Shown here: positions 1-12,700 of the stretch, one piece after another
Layout: each line of letters starts with the position of its first letter
Position numbering within the stretch: position 1 is the first letter of the stretch
Source of the DNA: Toensbergia leucococca
Taxonomy: Eukaryota
DNA length: 53,721 nucleotides
Assembly: GCA_022813965.1 (NCBI GenBank)
Contig: JALDZS010000162.1
Span: forward strand, 1 to 53,721
Direction of reading: 5' to 3'
The notes under the pieces: generated by a model
Seen by the model: only the letters and a program-made list of their open reading frames with translations
The model's database searches: none
Told to the model about the DNA's origin: nothing
Program-made: the position numbers and the translations under genes

Positions 1-2531
1 TGTCCCATACCCCAGCTACGGTTGTATGAGATCTGGGTGTGTCAGCTTTCAGTCCGGCTTGAAATTGTAAGACAAGCAAAACCTAACAGTGCCACTCTTT
101 ACGTACCTGCCAGGAACCGTTCTCGGTTCGAGTGAACCAATGTCCCCGGCCAGACATCATTTCCGGCAAGACAAATTTGAAAGAATCGATCTTGATCGAA
201 CGTGGCAGGCTATTTTTGAAATCTAGAGTAGAAAAATGAAACCGCAGGACGTTGAACGTCTTGAGGTTCCACGTTATCTCAAAGAAATCCTGTTCCACCT
301 CGATCTTTCCAAGCTGATCTGGTGAGATAAGCTGATCTATGACTAGCCCACCTCGAGACCCCATATCTGCGGGATTAGCGACGATGATGCTGAATCTCTG
401 CGGCAGCTCCGGCTTCGCTGATTTACTGTTCAACGCTTTGCGATAGAACCACCGAAGCTGTGTTGTCGTCATTACACCATTGAACCAATGTCCTTTTCCT
501 AGCAGCTCAATGTATTCCGAGAACCATCCGTTCTGCGAGATCAATTGGCTCAAGCGTCGAGAATGAAATGCTGGAACGTTGTTATCATTACTACCATGCT
601 GTTGCATCATTGGTACATTGGCGAAATTATCGACAAGCAGTTCATGGCGATAATTATTCAGAGAAGTCTGGATGATTGACATCAACCTTGGATCGGCTTC
701 GATCCATAGACTATAGGGAACGTATGCTAGAAAGATGAGTCTTGGGTCAGCCAAAAAGTCGTTGACTAACCTTGTATTGACGAGTAGCCAGAAATCGGAG
801 CGGCTGCTATGATCTTGTCGGGTCTGTGGGAGATTGCAAACCAGGTTCCTTGGCCTAATGGATATTAGCCTTTGCGTTCAATGACCACGGCTGATCCATA
901 CCCCCGTTGGAATGTCCACTAACTAGCCATCTGTTCTTGTCCGCAAGAGGCCCTTCCCATACAACGCCTTTAGTCCAGTCAGAAATTGATTCAATTGCAG
1001 CTTCGACATCTGCAAATCCCCACGTGTCTACAAAGTCTATCAACGTACTCCTATATCAAGAGATGGGCTTCACATCTCAACTTACGCCAGTCATCACCAC
1101 TCCACACCGTTACCCCTGTTGGGAATACTACCCACGCACATAGATCAGAAACACGGTCAAGACTATGCCGCACTTGGTGACTGTCTGCTTCGAGCCCTGC
1201 ACCATGTAAATTAAGAAAAATTGGCAGTGAGGTATTATGTCTCGGCATCTGTTGATTATATACTAGCGATGGTTCACTATCTTTTGATAATGGTATTGTT
1301 TCATTGTGAGGGACTTCACAATCTGCGGTCCTCGGCGGAGGCCTAAGTATTGCGTATGAGACTATACCACCTGGATGAAGTAAGGTGATCTTATGCGGCG
1401 TTCCTATCGTGATTGGGGAGAATAGATGTGAGACATTCAGGCTTGCATGAGGAATACGAGACCCTCGAACATTGTAGGTAATCTTCAAAGATAGTTGCCG
1501 AGTCCGCAGACTGGACACGGAGAGATGAAACGCCAGTGGCCTTGATTGGCCTGGGGCGAGTCTCAAAGGAGCATCTTCGAGCATCGCAACGATGAAAGAG
1601 TCCTCCCACTATTATCAGCGAGTGTTGATCGACTCAGTTCTATGAAGCGTCTACTCACATCCGTCGACTCAATAGTCCAGACGTCAATCCATTCTCGATC
1701 TTCGTTACGCAAGGCAACGGAAGCTAGACGGCTTGCTAATCGACTTCCAATCATGTCAGGAAGCAATGGCTTGGGCGTTGCAATTACTAGGCCGCCGCTG
1801 GATCTTCGAATCTCTAGTCTAATCTGGACGTTCGGCTCTCCCACGCCGCCCATAATACGTACGTCACGGATCAAGCGAAGGTCTACTTTATGAGAACCCG
1901 GATCAAGCTGGACCACTAGAGGAGCCCTGCGATAAGCATAAAAATCCCCACCAAAGTATGGCTGGTCATCGACCCAGAACTCGAGGACATTATCAGTGTA
2001 GAAGACAATAGTCTGAGGGAGAGCAGCGTTGATCACAAGTCGGCCACGCGCCCAGGCCTGATACTGAAGAGCGGCCCAGCCATAGGCGGATTGTAGGATT
2101 GCCCAGTCAATTTCAGGAAAAGTAAAAGTCAAGCTTGCCTCGACTACATCTGAATTGCTTTTGGTTTGATCAAGTTGTACAGTCGACCAAGCAACTAGCC
2201 CGCCGACGGCAAGGGAACTGTGGAATCTTGCATCGAGATGATATTTTAGAGAGCGGAAACCTCCTAAATATTCTAATGGATCTGCTCCCCAACTAGCCTC
2301 TAAACAAGCATGAGTCAAGAACGTGATACTTTTCAGCTTTGCCCATTAGGACTTGCCTCTTGTACCAATTTGAAAAGGTCCGAGCACCTCCCATGTGGGC
2401 AAAATTGTGATGATAGATGGATGGCCTTCGTTTCCCTGGAGAGGGATCATCACATCTCTACCTGACACACGCAAGTAGAGAATAGCTAATATCCACGTCA
2501 CAAGACATATGTAGGTGAACATTGGAAACAT
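1..2531 (-). CDS. Secreted/membrane-anchored alpha/beta-hydrolase (peptidase S9/esterase-like), multi-exon, runs off the left edge
   Basis: Hydrophobic N-terminus (MFPMFTYICLVTWILAILYL); spliced frame GPFQIGTR-EASWGADPLE; LHGAG oxyanion-like motif; nucleophile elbow GHSNGG; HGSNDNNVP. Exons approx 2531-2357, 2299-1659, 1609-1087, 1027-901, 854-772, 727-107, 33-<1. Confidence 0.75.
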
Positions 2532-3005
2532 GCCAAGCAAGCACCTTTTATGTTGCCATTGCTTCTCGTTGTCGTTGTTGTCGTTGGTGTTGTTGCGTTC
2601 GATGGAGGTTGATAATTACGCAAGTATGATGTAGAAAAGGTATAAATGCACAAATCACAATGAATGGCAAAATGCATGCACATGTCTGCCAAGCAACCTT
2701 GTCTGAATACGAGTACGAGTACTCGTAGTGATATAGAGTGTTGTACGATGACAATCCCATGAGAAGCCCGCTGAACTTTACAAGCACTCATCCTTAAACA
2801 CCGAAGTTTCCTCTCTCTACGCATACGGAGTACGAGTATACCATCTCACCAATTCACCAACTCACCGATACGTTCATCGAGGTCCGAGCCTTTAGACATG
2901 CCTTCGTGATGCCCTGCGCTTTCCCTGTGCCTCGAATATTGCACACCTACCCATGCCGCTCACGGCCAAGCATATCGCCATTTGGCTGCATGCTATACGC
3001 TTACA

Positions 3006-4761
3006 ATGACCTCGGCGGGCGCAGAGCGTCGACGGTCTTTGTCCAGTCGCTCAGAGACCTTCAAATTTCCAGAATTCGACCAACCACTCATCACACGAGA
3101 TCATCTCCTGACACACGAAGAGGAGAATTTTACGGGCACAACGCCCGCGAGAACATCCACCTCGGCAAGGACTTCGACTCCGAATGCTTTTCCAAAACCA
3201 AACGGCCTTTTACATAGTGACACGTGGCAGCCAAGGAAGGAGAACCATCTGGCTTGGGGCAATGGCCACATAAATGCACCTACCTCTGCCCCTGGGTCGA
3301 GACACGCTCGGCAAAAGAGCCTCAGTGATGCCATCAAGACGATTCGGACAAGGAAGGGAAGCGTCAGCGCAAATGCACAAGAGATTGCTGAAGCACTGAA
3401 GGCCCCCGTTTCCATAAAACTCATAGTACGAGCTCTCTACGTACCTTTATACCGCTTTAAAGGCACCTTATTGATCAAAAATGTAGGTTCTGTGCCTCGT
3501 CTGGTATATGAGCTCGGCTCTGACAAACACCTCTTCCAAATCCATACTCAATGCATTTCCCCAGCCGATCACCCTTACCCTCATACAGTTCGCCTTTGTT
3601 TCTTCATGGTGCATTCTATTTGCCTACTTGGCCTATCTCTATCCACCTCTGCAAGTCGCCATCCCGGCACTTAAACATGGCATTCGTTATCCCACCCGAG
3701 AAGTCATATATACCACTCTGCCACTGGCCCTATTCCAGATCGGAGGTCACATCCTCTCTTCAACTGCCACTTCCAAGATACCTGTTTCCCTTGTCCACAC
3801 GATCAAGGGTCTTTCTCCACTATTCACCGTCTTAGCCTACCGTTTCCTCCTCCACATTCGCTACTCAAGAGCCACTTACCTCTCCCTCATCCCTCTCACA
3901 TTCGGCGTAATCCTCGCGTGCAGTGTCGAATTCTCAGGCAATCTTTTCGGCATCCTCTGCGCTTTTGGTGGCGCGCTAATTTTCGTCACACAGAATATAT
4001 TCTCCAAACAGCTCTTCAACGAAGAGGCCCGTACCGCAGCTGATGCTTTGAGCAGATCCCAATCCCGCAAGCTTGACAAACTAAATCTCCTCTGCTACTG
4101 CTCCGGTCTTGCCCTCCTGCTTACTTTCCCGCTCTGGCTCTGGACCGAAGGCTTCGCTCTCATTGCCTCTCTCTTCCACCCCAGTGACGCCCTCATCAAT
4201 ATGTCTTCTCCTCTGGCTCTCTCTTCCGGCCGCCTCGCCCTTGAATTCATCTTCAATGGAATCTTCCACTTCACCCAAAATATTCTCGCCTTCGTTCTCC
4301 TTTCCCTTGTCTCCCCAGTAACCTACTCCGTCGCTTCCCTCATCAAGCGCGTCTTCGTCATCGTTGCCTCCATCCTCTGGTTTGGCAGCCATACCACCCC
4401 CGTCCAAGCCGTTGGCATTGCCCTCACCTTCATCGGCCTGTATCTCTACGATCGCACAAGCGACGCGACAAAAGCGGACCGTAAGGCCAAACTCGAGCAG
4501 CTAAGAACTCAAGGCCCGCTATTGCCGTTGGCCGCTGATCCGCAGGTTTTGAGCGCCACGATGGTAGAGACGCCCATCAATACGGCTGACGGGCAGCTTT
4601 TTGGCGGGGCAAATGGAGGTGTGAGTGGTGATGAGAAGAAGGCCGATGCAGGGGGACCTGGGGGCGTGGGAATTGCGAGCAGCGCGAGACCTTGGCTGCT
4701 GCCTGGAACCAGGCAAGAGGAGACGTGGAGACTGAATGATAGGGGCTTTACTGCTTCGTGA
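3006..4761 (+). CDS. Triose-phosphate/nucleotide-sugar transporter family (SLC35E/SLY41-like) membrane protein
   Basis: Exon 1 3006-3425, GT-AG intron 3426-3486, exon 2 in frame with ORF 3508-4761. TPT motifs PITLTLIQF, KIPVSLVHTIKGLSPLF, VSPVTYSVASLIKR; many TM segments. Confidence 0.88.
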
Positions 4762-5859
4762 CATGACTTGATGCATTCGGGTGGGTCATATGAGGAGTTT
4801 GGATGCATGGGGCTTAGGCATAGCTAAGTGTGTATGATATCCTGGTTTTTTGTGGAAAATATCAAGGGCTATGTCGATAAGAACACTTTTAGATTAGAAG
4901 ACCTCGTTGAGTTGTGCTGGATGGGTATCATGCTCTAATTTTATTGGAAGTTTCAACCCTGATTTGCGTCGACTTTGGTCGCTATCTGAGCGTGGGGCTG
5001 TCTCGCACATGCTGACCATTCTCAATGCGAGAATGTCAACTGGGGTTGAACCCGGGTTTGAGTGAGGTTTTAGTATTCGCGATAATTACTTGGAAAGTTG
5101 GCCATCCCTTCCAACTTCCCACCAAAGTCCACCGAGAAACACAGAAATTTCAATCAACACTCACATCAAAGTGTCCAGACACTACTCCAATCACAGCATC
5201 CTCACATGTGGCGGACGAAGGTAGACGCTTCGCAAAAATCAAACCATCAAAAAACAAACCACTGAAAACGCCCGTAGACTACTCATCTCACTCATCATTG
5301 CTGTCATATAAGCTTACTTTTTACAGATGATCACAGTGAGTCAGATATGTTCATTAAAGTGTCAATATATTTGAGTGACTTAAGCTTAAGACATCTGTAT
5401 GATAAGGTAGTTAGCTGTTTTGTACAATTTGAGCTCTTTGCACATACATTTGCTTGTGACTGTAAAGACGAAGAAGCAAGACAACGTTGAACGAATTCAT
5501 TGTACAAGATCAAGATTTTAAAGCTAGCTTTAATGAGCTTAATTGTCATACAATTGACACGCTGCTACAATATCTATGAGTTGAGAGCATTGATCAATGC
5601 TTAGAACTCATGATAAGGCAGTCTATGAGAGATCTTAGTGACTTGCTTTTGAAGGTTTGAGTTGATGATTTGGTTTTTGTGTCTACCTTGATCCGCCAGA
5701 TCACAACTCAGCCTCCCATGTCTAGGGAAAAATTCATAGGTATGTGACACGTAATCTATTGAATGTACAAGAGAAAATGAAAAACGCCCACAAACCGTGC
5801 AACGCACCCTATGCCAGGCCAACCTCCACAAAGAAACACAGCATCTAGGTTCTCCCCTC

Positions 5860-8441
5860 TCAACCATACGCAACTTGAGCGTGCGGCTCTCCCGGTGCCA
5901 TGAAGTTGGTTTCTGGGTTTTTGGCTGCTTTGGCGGCGGAACACCGAGCCATTGTTGGCGAGCTGGGATATGTGTTAGCTAGCAACTTGTGTACCATATT
6001 GACAGTACGGCTAGGCCCGGAAAATGAGAAAACTGATAGCTTTGTGGCATACCTCCTTGATATCACATCCGTGAAATAAAAGTTCTCAATCACTTTCTTG
6101 AACACTCCCCCGCTACTTTTACTCCCCTTGTTCTGGTCGACCAGCTGTACCTTGCCCAATCCGGCCATTGACGTCGGCTCCACGATATCGTACCGTCTCA
6201 ATGCGGGGCTGATCTGCTCCATGCGATCTCTCAGGGCCTCGACGTCGTCATATGGCAGAGGTGCGCCCACATACTCGCTCGCGGCGCGTAGAATCTTCCA
6301 ATCGATACGTGCGGCGCCGGGGGGGGACGTTGCAGCGCGGGTCATCTGTACACGACCCTCAGTATTGACGTATGTAGCGTGCTTTTCTGTATAGGCAGTC
6401 CCAGGGAGGATGACATCTGCGAGTTGCGCGCCACGGTCACCGTGGTGGCCTTGGTAGATGACGAATGCAGACTTAGGGATGTCGGACTCGGTGATCTCGT
6501 CGGCGCCGAGGAGCCAGATAATCTTGGGTGTTGTTTGCGCGACGGCTGGAGAAGGAATGGTGAAGCCAGCTTCGTAGGCTCCAGCTCTAGATGCAGCGCG
6601 TTGAAGAACGTTGTAGCCTTGCCATTCTGGGGTGATGAAGTTGGCTGCGTTCTTATCGACGAAGCTGCCAACGATTTCAAAGATGGCTTTTGCATCAGGA
6701 CGCTCGACAGCACCACTACCAACGATGATCATAGGACGTTGGGCAGCTTGTAGTTTCTTGCCCCAGGGCCCCGCAAGAACTTTCTTCAGCGCAGCTACAT
6801 CGGTGCCGAGATGATCGAGTTCGAACGTGCTTTCAAATGTTTCGCCAACTAAACCAACTTCGAGGTCTGATCGGAGCCATTGCTTTCGTATCCGGGCATT
6901 GAGGCCTGCGGCTTCGTGGCGAGGATTGGTACCCACGAGGAGGATGGCGTCTGCCTCTTCGACACCAAAAATCTTGGAGTTGAATAGGTAATTTGAGCGT
7001 AAATCAATCCCGTGTGCAATAGGCTGGCTCCCCTGAGGTTGGTCGAGGGCAAGGTTTTCGGATCCAAGCTTATTGGCAAGGTCCTTCATAGCGATCATTG
7101 TCTCCATATCAGTCAGTTGCCCGGCAATGGCCTTGAACTCATTCTCTTTAGGTGCAATCTTCTGAAACGCGAAACCGATCTCTTCCAAAGCCTGCGACCA
7201 CGAAACCGGTAGGAATTTATTGTCTCTTCGTATCAGAGGTGTTGTTAGCCTCTGAGTCTTTAATCCGTCGCACGCAAATCTTGATTTGTCATTGATCCAT
7301 TCCTCATTGATATCGTCGTTGAGTCTTGGCAAGATCCTCATGACTTCCATTCCTCGTCCATCTACTCTGATATTTGACCCCATGCCATCGAGCACATCAA
7401 CAGACTCAAAATGTTGTAGCTCCCACGGTCGTGCACGAAATGCGTAAGGTTTTGATGTAAGAGCGCCCACAGGGCATAAATCTATGACGTTGCCAGACAT
7501 CTCGGAATCGAGACTGGTCTCCAGATATGTTCCGATCTGCATGTCGTTGCCCCTGCCTGTCGATCCTAGCTCGGGAGCCCCTGCGACATCATTTGCAAAC
7601 CGAATGCACCTTGTACAGTGTATACACCTATTCATGGAAGTCTTGATCAAAGGTCCGATGTTCTTATCTTCGACACCACGCTTGCCACTGAGCTCATGGA
7701 AACGTCCTCGATCGGCTCCATATCGCATTGACTGGTCTTGAAGATCGCATTCCCCTCCCTGATCGCATATCGGGCAGTCTAGCGGGTGGTTTGCTAAGAG
7801 AAACTCCATGACGCCTTCTCGAGCCTTGTGTGTGAGCGGCGAATCTGTCTTCACTACCATTCCTGGTTGTACTGGCCACGCGCATGATGCTACAGGCTTC
7901 GGGGCTCTCTCAACCTCGACCAGACACATTCGGCCTGTGTGATGTCAGCATCGGATTTAGACAATGGCTCCATTGTCGTCGTCTTACAATTCCCAGCTAT
8001 CATAAGTTTTCTGAAGGAGTATTTCAGCTACCTTATTCTTCTAAAGTAGAGTTGTGGTTGGGAACTTACTCGTGGTAGCAGTATCTAAAGAGATGTGTTA
8101 GTCTTAAAAATATCGGAGGCTGGTATCTGAAAAGCCTTTACCTTGGTATGGTGACACCCGCCTTCTCGCATGCTTGTATTAATGCCGAGCCCGCTGTATT
8201 GCGCCGTCAGTGCCATTGCTAGAATACAGCTGGTAAGTCAGCGTGCCTTCTATCGAAACTTTCTTGCCATCTATGAGCAGTATCAGCAGTTTATCTACAT
8301 CGCAGGTTTGAGAAGCCACAAACCAATTGTAAGCTCCACCTCAGCCTGTCTCGAGGGCGTGGCAATGAAGGTTCTTGCAGCTCGAAGCGGTACATGCCTT
8401 TCCACTCGAAAAGCAGACCTAGCGAAACGAACCCGCAACAT
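5860..8441 (-). CDS. nuo78: NADH:ubiquinone oxidoreductase 78/75-kDa Fe-S subunit (NDUFS1/NuoG homolog) with mitochondrial presequence
   Basis: Arg-rich presequence MLRVRFARSAFR; spliced [22 protein letters not shown]; Fe-S motifs NHPLDCPICDQGGECDLQ and RCIHCTRC...CPVGAL. Small exons 8270-8247, 8193-8142, 8084-8070, 8010-7988; large exon from 7934; last intron ~6052-5967. Confidence 0.97.
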
Positions 8442-9764
8442 GCCGGCAACAATAAGGAAAGAAAATGAGGATGTCCGAAGGGAAATGTACCATATCCAAA
8501 GATCAAGAATTGACTCTGCTATTGACGTCTTGATTCCTCGGCTCCCACAGCCCTAGCGCTTGATAGTCTCAGATACTAGAGATCAAGCAGCCGGCCTCCG
8601 ATTCGCTCGCTAGGCGCCCGCCACGCTCAATTTAAATATTTAAATGATCCAGGCCACATAGTTTCTTCTTTCCCTACTCATCACCGGACACGATTTATTG
8701 TAGGAGGACTAAGAATGTCTGCCATTGTGCACAAAAATCCACTTTGTTTTCCTCTACAACGCGATCCGAGAGCACGAACATCATTCGAAGGCACCGTAGC
8801 TGGAGCATTCGAGGACACTCTCCTATGAAGTCTTGTTCCTTACCGACGATTGCTACATTTTACTGCCTGTCCTAGCTTCTGTGGCAGTGTAATGCAAATT
8901 CACGTCTTTGAGATAGCGAACATACGATCATTGCATACAGTCTCTGTTCAAATTTCATATTGGATCTCAATACATCGAGACACAATGCAACTATCATCTA
9001 CGACTGCTGTTCTCGGAATCGAACTCCGAAGATATGCTGACGCACGTTCTGATTCTTTTATTTCTTCCTATTCATCTCTTCCTCGGATCAACCAACTCTC
9101 TCTTGAGAAAAGGCAAAGGATGAACGTCACAGATCAAGCTTCAAGGCCACCTGGACCAGAAAGCCAGCCAATAATATTTTGCTACTCTACACCGAAATAA
9201 ATAGACTACTACTTGCATCATGTTGCAATTCTAACATAAGCTCATAGGCTTGTAATCGTTTCGGCGAAAGGGTTTACCTAAGCAGTGCTGCAATAGTAGA
9301 GCAACAGGTAGCAGCTGGTCCGCCGCTCACTTTAAGTAACCCCATCCAATCCTCTTATACAGGAAAGGAGTTTGCATTTGAAGTGTAAGTGACCACAGGT
9401 AGCTTTTCACGTACGAAAAAATGGTCCATATCCACTTAGGGAACAAGGCCGAATGTCCACATCAAGCAATAAATGTTTCTACAGCTACAGTTACTCACTA
9501 TATGACAAAATTGAATGCTGAAAAGTCAGCAAATTTGAAACTACCACGTCAGCTGGTCTTTCTTACTGCATAGGGTTCTAAGTCCGGCGGACGGGTTACA
9601 TTTGAAGCTCCTAAAATTGGATGGTTTTGAGAAAAGTTCCGGCTTGCAATTCGGCTCAGGGAACCTCTAGGACTACCCAGCTACCTACCAGGTAAGAGTA
9701 AACTCAATCGCTTTAGATCGCTCCGTAAATCAAGTCCGAGGACACAAGATCCTCCCATTGCTTT

Positions 9765-12700
9765 TCATGACCAACCTCCTGGTACTATTCCTCTGATCGC
9801 CCACTTCCACTCTTCTCCTGCAGCCCCTGAATCCCGATGCCCCGTTCCGACCCAGCCTTCCACCTTTCTTCTCCATTTTTCTTCTTCTGCTCTTTGTCTT
9901 CTAACAAATTCCGGCCCAACATCAAATTCTTCTCCCACGAGCCAATCATCAGTCACCGAACCTCCTTTGGCCGCACTGCCAGATTGAGCTGCCTGTCCTT
10001 CTGCTGTAAAGCCTACACCAGTTTTTCTGTCTTTGCCGTCATCCAAGTCCTCCAACCCGGCGAAAGGATCTTCGTCTTCATCAACGGTGGCTGGTGACGT
10101 GGGATTTGTTAGTGTACCAGGATTAAGGTGTGAAGGTGCCATCTTCAGCCAACACATTCGCTGGGGATCAAAAACCATTCCCCCAGACACCTGCACGCCT
10201 TTCGCGGCTCCAAAATTGGCGATCAAAGCTGGCGCTGGCTTTGACGCGTTGTTCCCCGTCATCAATTTGGGCGAGTAAGGAGGCGGTACTAGGGCGTCGA
10301 AAGGTGCAAGAGCATTCTCATTTCCTTCCCAACGAAAAAGTGTCGGGTTCCAGTGCATACCCTTAACGCTCTTCTCGCTATTCACTCCGTCGCCTAATGG
10401 TTTAATCAAACATGGCTTTTGTGGAGGCGGCTTTCCACGCTTGATTCGTGAGACACTCGGTGATGCGAAACCCTTGGCAGTGACCTGAGCTTTCCAATTT
10501 GTACTGATGGACGTCAATGGACCAGTGCCTTCCGGCAACGTTGGCAGATGAGAACTAGCGTGAAGTATTGTGCTAACACAGCCTACCCGCTGTTCTCGAG
10601 CTATCCGAGAGGCGTTAGTGTCACGAGCAAAGCGAGGAACAGGTTCGTGCTTCGTCGGACTGAGCGGTGTTTGTGGAGTTTGCAGTGGCATATCGATATT
10701 TGACGGTGTAGAGGGGTGAATCTGGGTTAATCCAAGTTTACTTCGAAGCAGAGTCGACTTAGGCGCACCACGAGCAACAGGCTGCTTGACGAATCTCGAC
10801 TCGATAGTCGCGGAAGTAGGAAGATCATCAAATATCTCAAGTTCAGTACCGTCTCCAAATGCACGGCGGCGAGTCGGTTTCGTCAGAGTGCGCTTCGAAG
10901 AAGCTTCGCGAGCAAGAGCCTCGGGAGCAAGATCCTTTCGGATGCTAGGGCTGTGAGAGCGATGGTAATGGTTGGAGAGACGAGAAATAGGGCGATTTAA
11001 CGGGGTTGTTTCATTAGAATCGGAGGAAGTGGGACGATGGAAGTTGCGGGAAGACTTTGTGCTGATATGATGAGATTGAGCGTGGGATGTACCTGCAGGA
11101 AGAAATGGGACAGGAGGCCTTCGAGAATTGCCAAGGCTAGATTCTGCGCCAGAACGATCAACTGGGGTCTTTGGTCGATTAGGTACAGCTTGGCGGCTGC
11201 CATAATCTCCGCGTGATGGAGGACGTTGATGGGACGGCTGAACACGAGCTGGCGAAGGCTGACTTCTGATAGCAGGTATTGAGCGCTTGGCCCTCAGAAG
11301 CTGTGCTACATTTGTAGTTGGTTCCATGTTGAGGGTTTCTCGGGAAGACTTATTGTTTAGTGTGCGGCGGCTTGGAGTCGACGGCACCACTACATGTGAA
11401 GATGAGGGCGTCGATGGGGTAGGGATGCTCGATGTGGATGACTGTTTAGAGTGACCTGCCATACGCGACTGTGATCTGTCATATTTGGGCACAGGTCCGC
11501 CACTCTCAGACACAGGCTCTAATCTTGATCGACTTCGATCATGTGCTGGAGCTTTCGGTACTGGTATTCGAGTCGCATTAGATAGAGGCTTGTTAGTAAA
11601 TGTTAACGTCATCGCGGTACGCCTCGCTGGGCTGGTTTGTCTCGCAGTCTTATGCTTGATATTGCGGTTTAAAGTGAGCTTTCCAGAGTCAAAGACATCG
11701 CCATCGCCAATTTCTATTCCAGCAAAGAAGTCTTCCTTTGCTGCCGCGCGTTTCTCAGCCTGACGTTCACCGGAGTAGTCTGCAGGGTCAGGTGATGCAT
11801 TTTCAAGACGTTTCTTCAAGACTTCGTCGAATTTCAAGGGACCGTCTGGGAGAATCAGTCCATCCAATCCCTCGTCTTCACTCTCCGCTGTCAAGCAGCT
11901 TGAAACACTTGGGCTGAGTGCAGATATTGAAGAACTCGGATTCGATCTTCCATCCCGCCGTGTGCCTCCAAATCTTGTCCCCAGGCTACCTTCGGCCCAT
12001 TCAGTGTCAAAGTCATCGTTTAGTTGCGAAGCTGGTGTTTTGGGAATCTCCTTTCTAGCCGAAAGTTTTAGTGGCTGGCCATCAGCAGGAAATTCCAAGT
12101 CGTCTTCGAAATCATCCATGCTGTTTAGCAACTTTGTTGGAGGCGAGAACACTGGCGGCGGAGCAAAATTGACTGGTTTCTGTGTTGAGCGATTCTTAGC
12201 TATTTTGAGAGTTGGGACATCGCCAAAAAAGTCTTCCTCATCTTCATCGTCCTGGAATTTATCTAATGCGCCATCACACGGTTTTGATTTCCTCACCGAT
12301 TCCATGCGCTCCCTGAAGCTCATGCTGGCTTGTGGTTTACTTGGACTAGTCATGTCCGAGAAAGCGGCGCTAATCTGTCTTATTGCTTCAGGGAAATCGT
12401 TGGCTTCGTTTTTTTTGAATTGAAATCCGCCTTCTCCAATCTTTGGTATTTCCAAATCTTCACTCCAGTCGTCACCGAGAACCTTCTTCAATTTTCTCCC
12501 ACCCAGTCTCTTGATCGTCCCACCGAGAAGTGCAGATGTTGGCACATTCGCAGGTATGGGAATGCCGGCACTCTTCGCAGACGCTATGGCAGTTGTCGTA
12601 GACACCTCATCATCTGCCGGGAGCAAGACCTGCCAATCTTCCTCCGCGCCTCCAATAGAATCCCTATCTGATTTCATTGATGCACGCGAAGATATTGATT

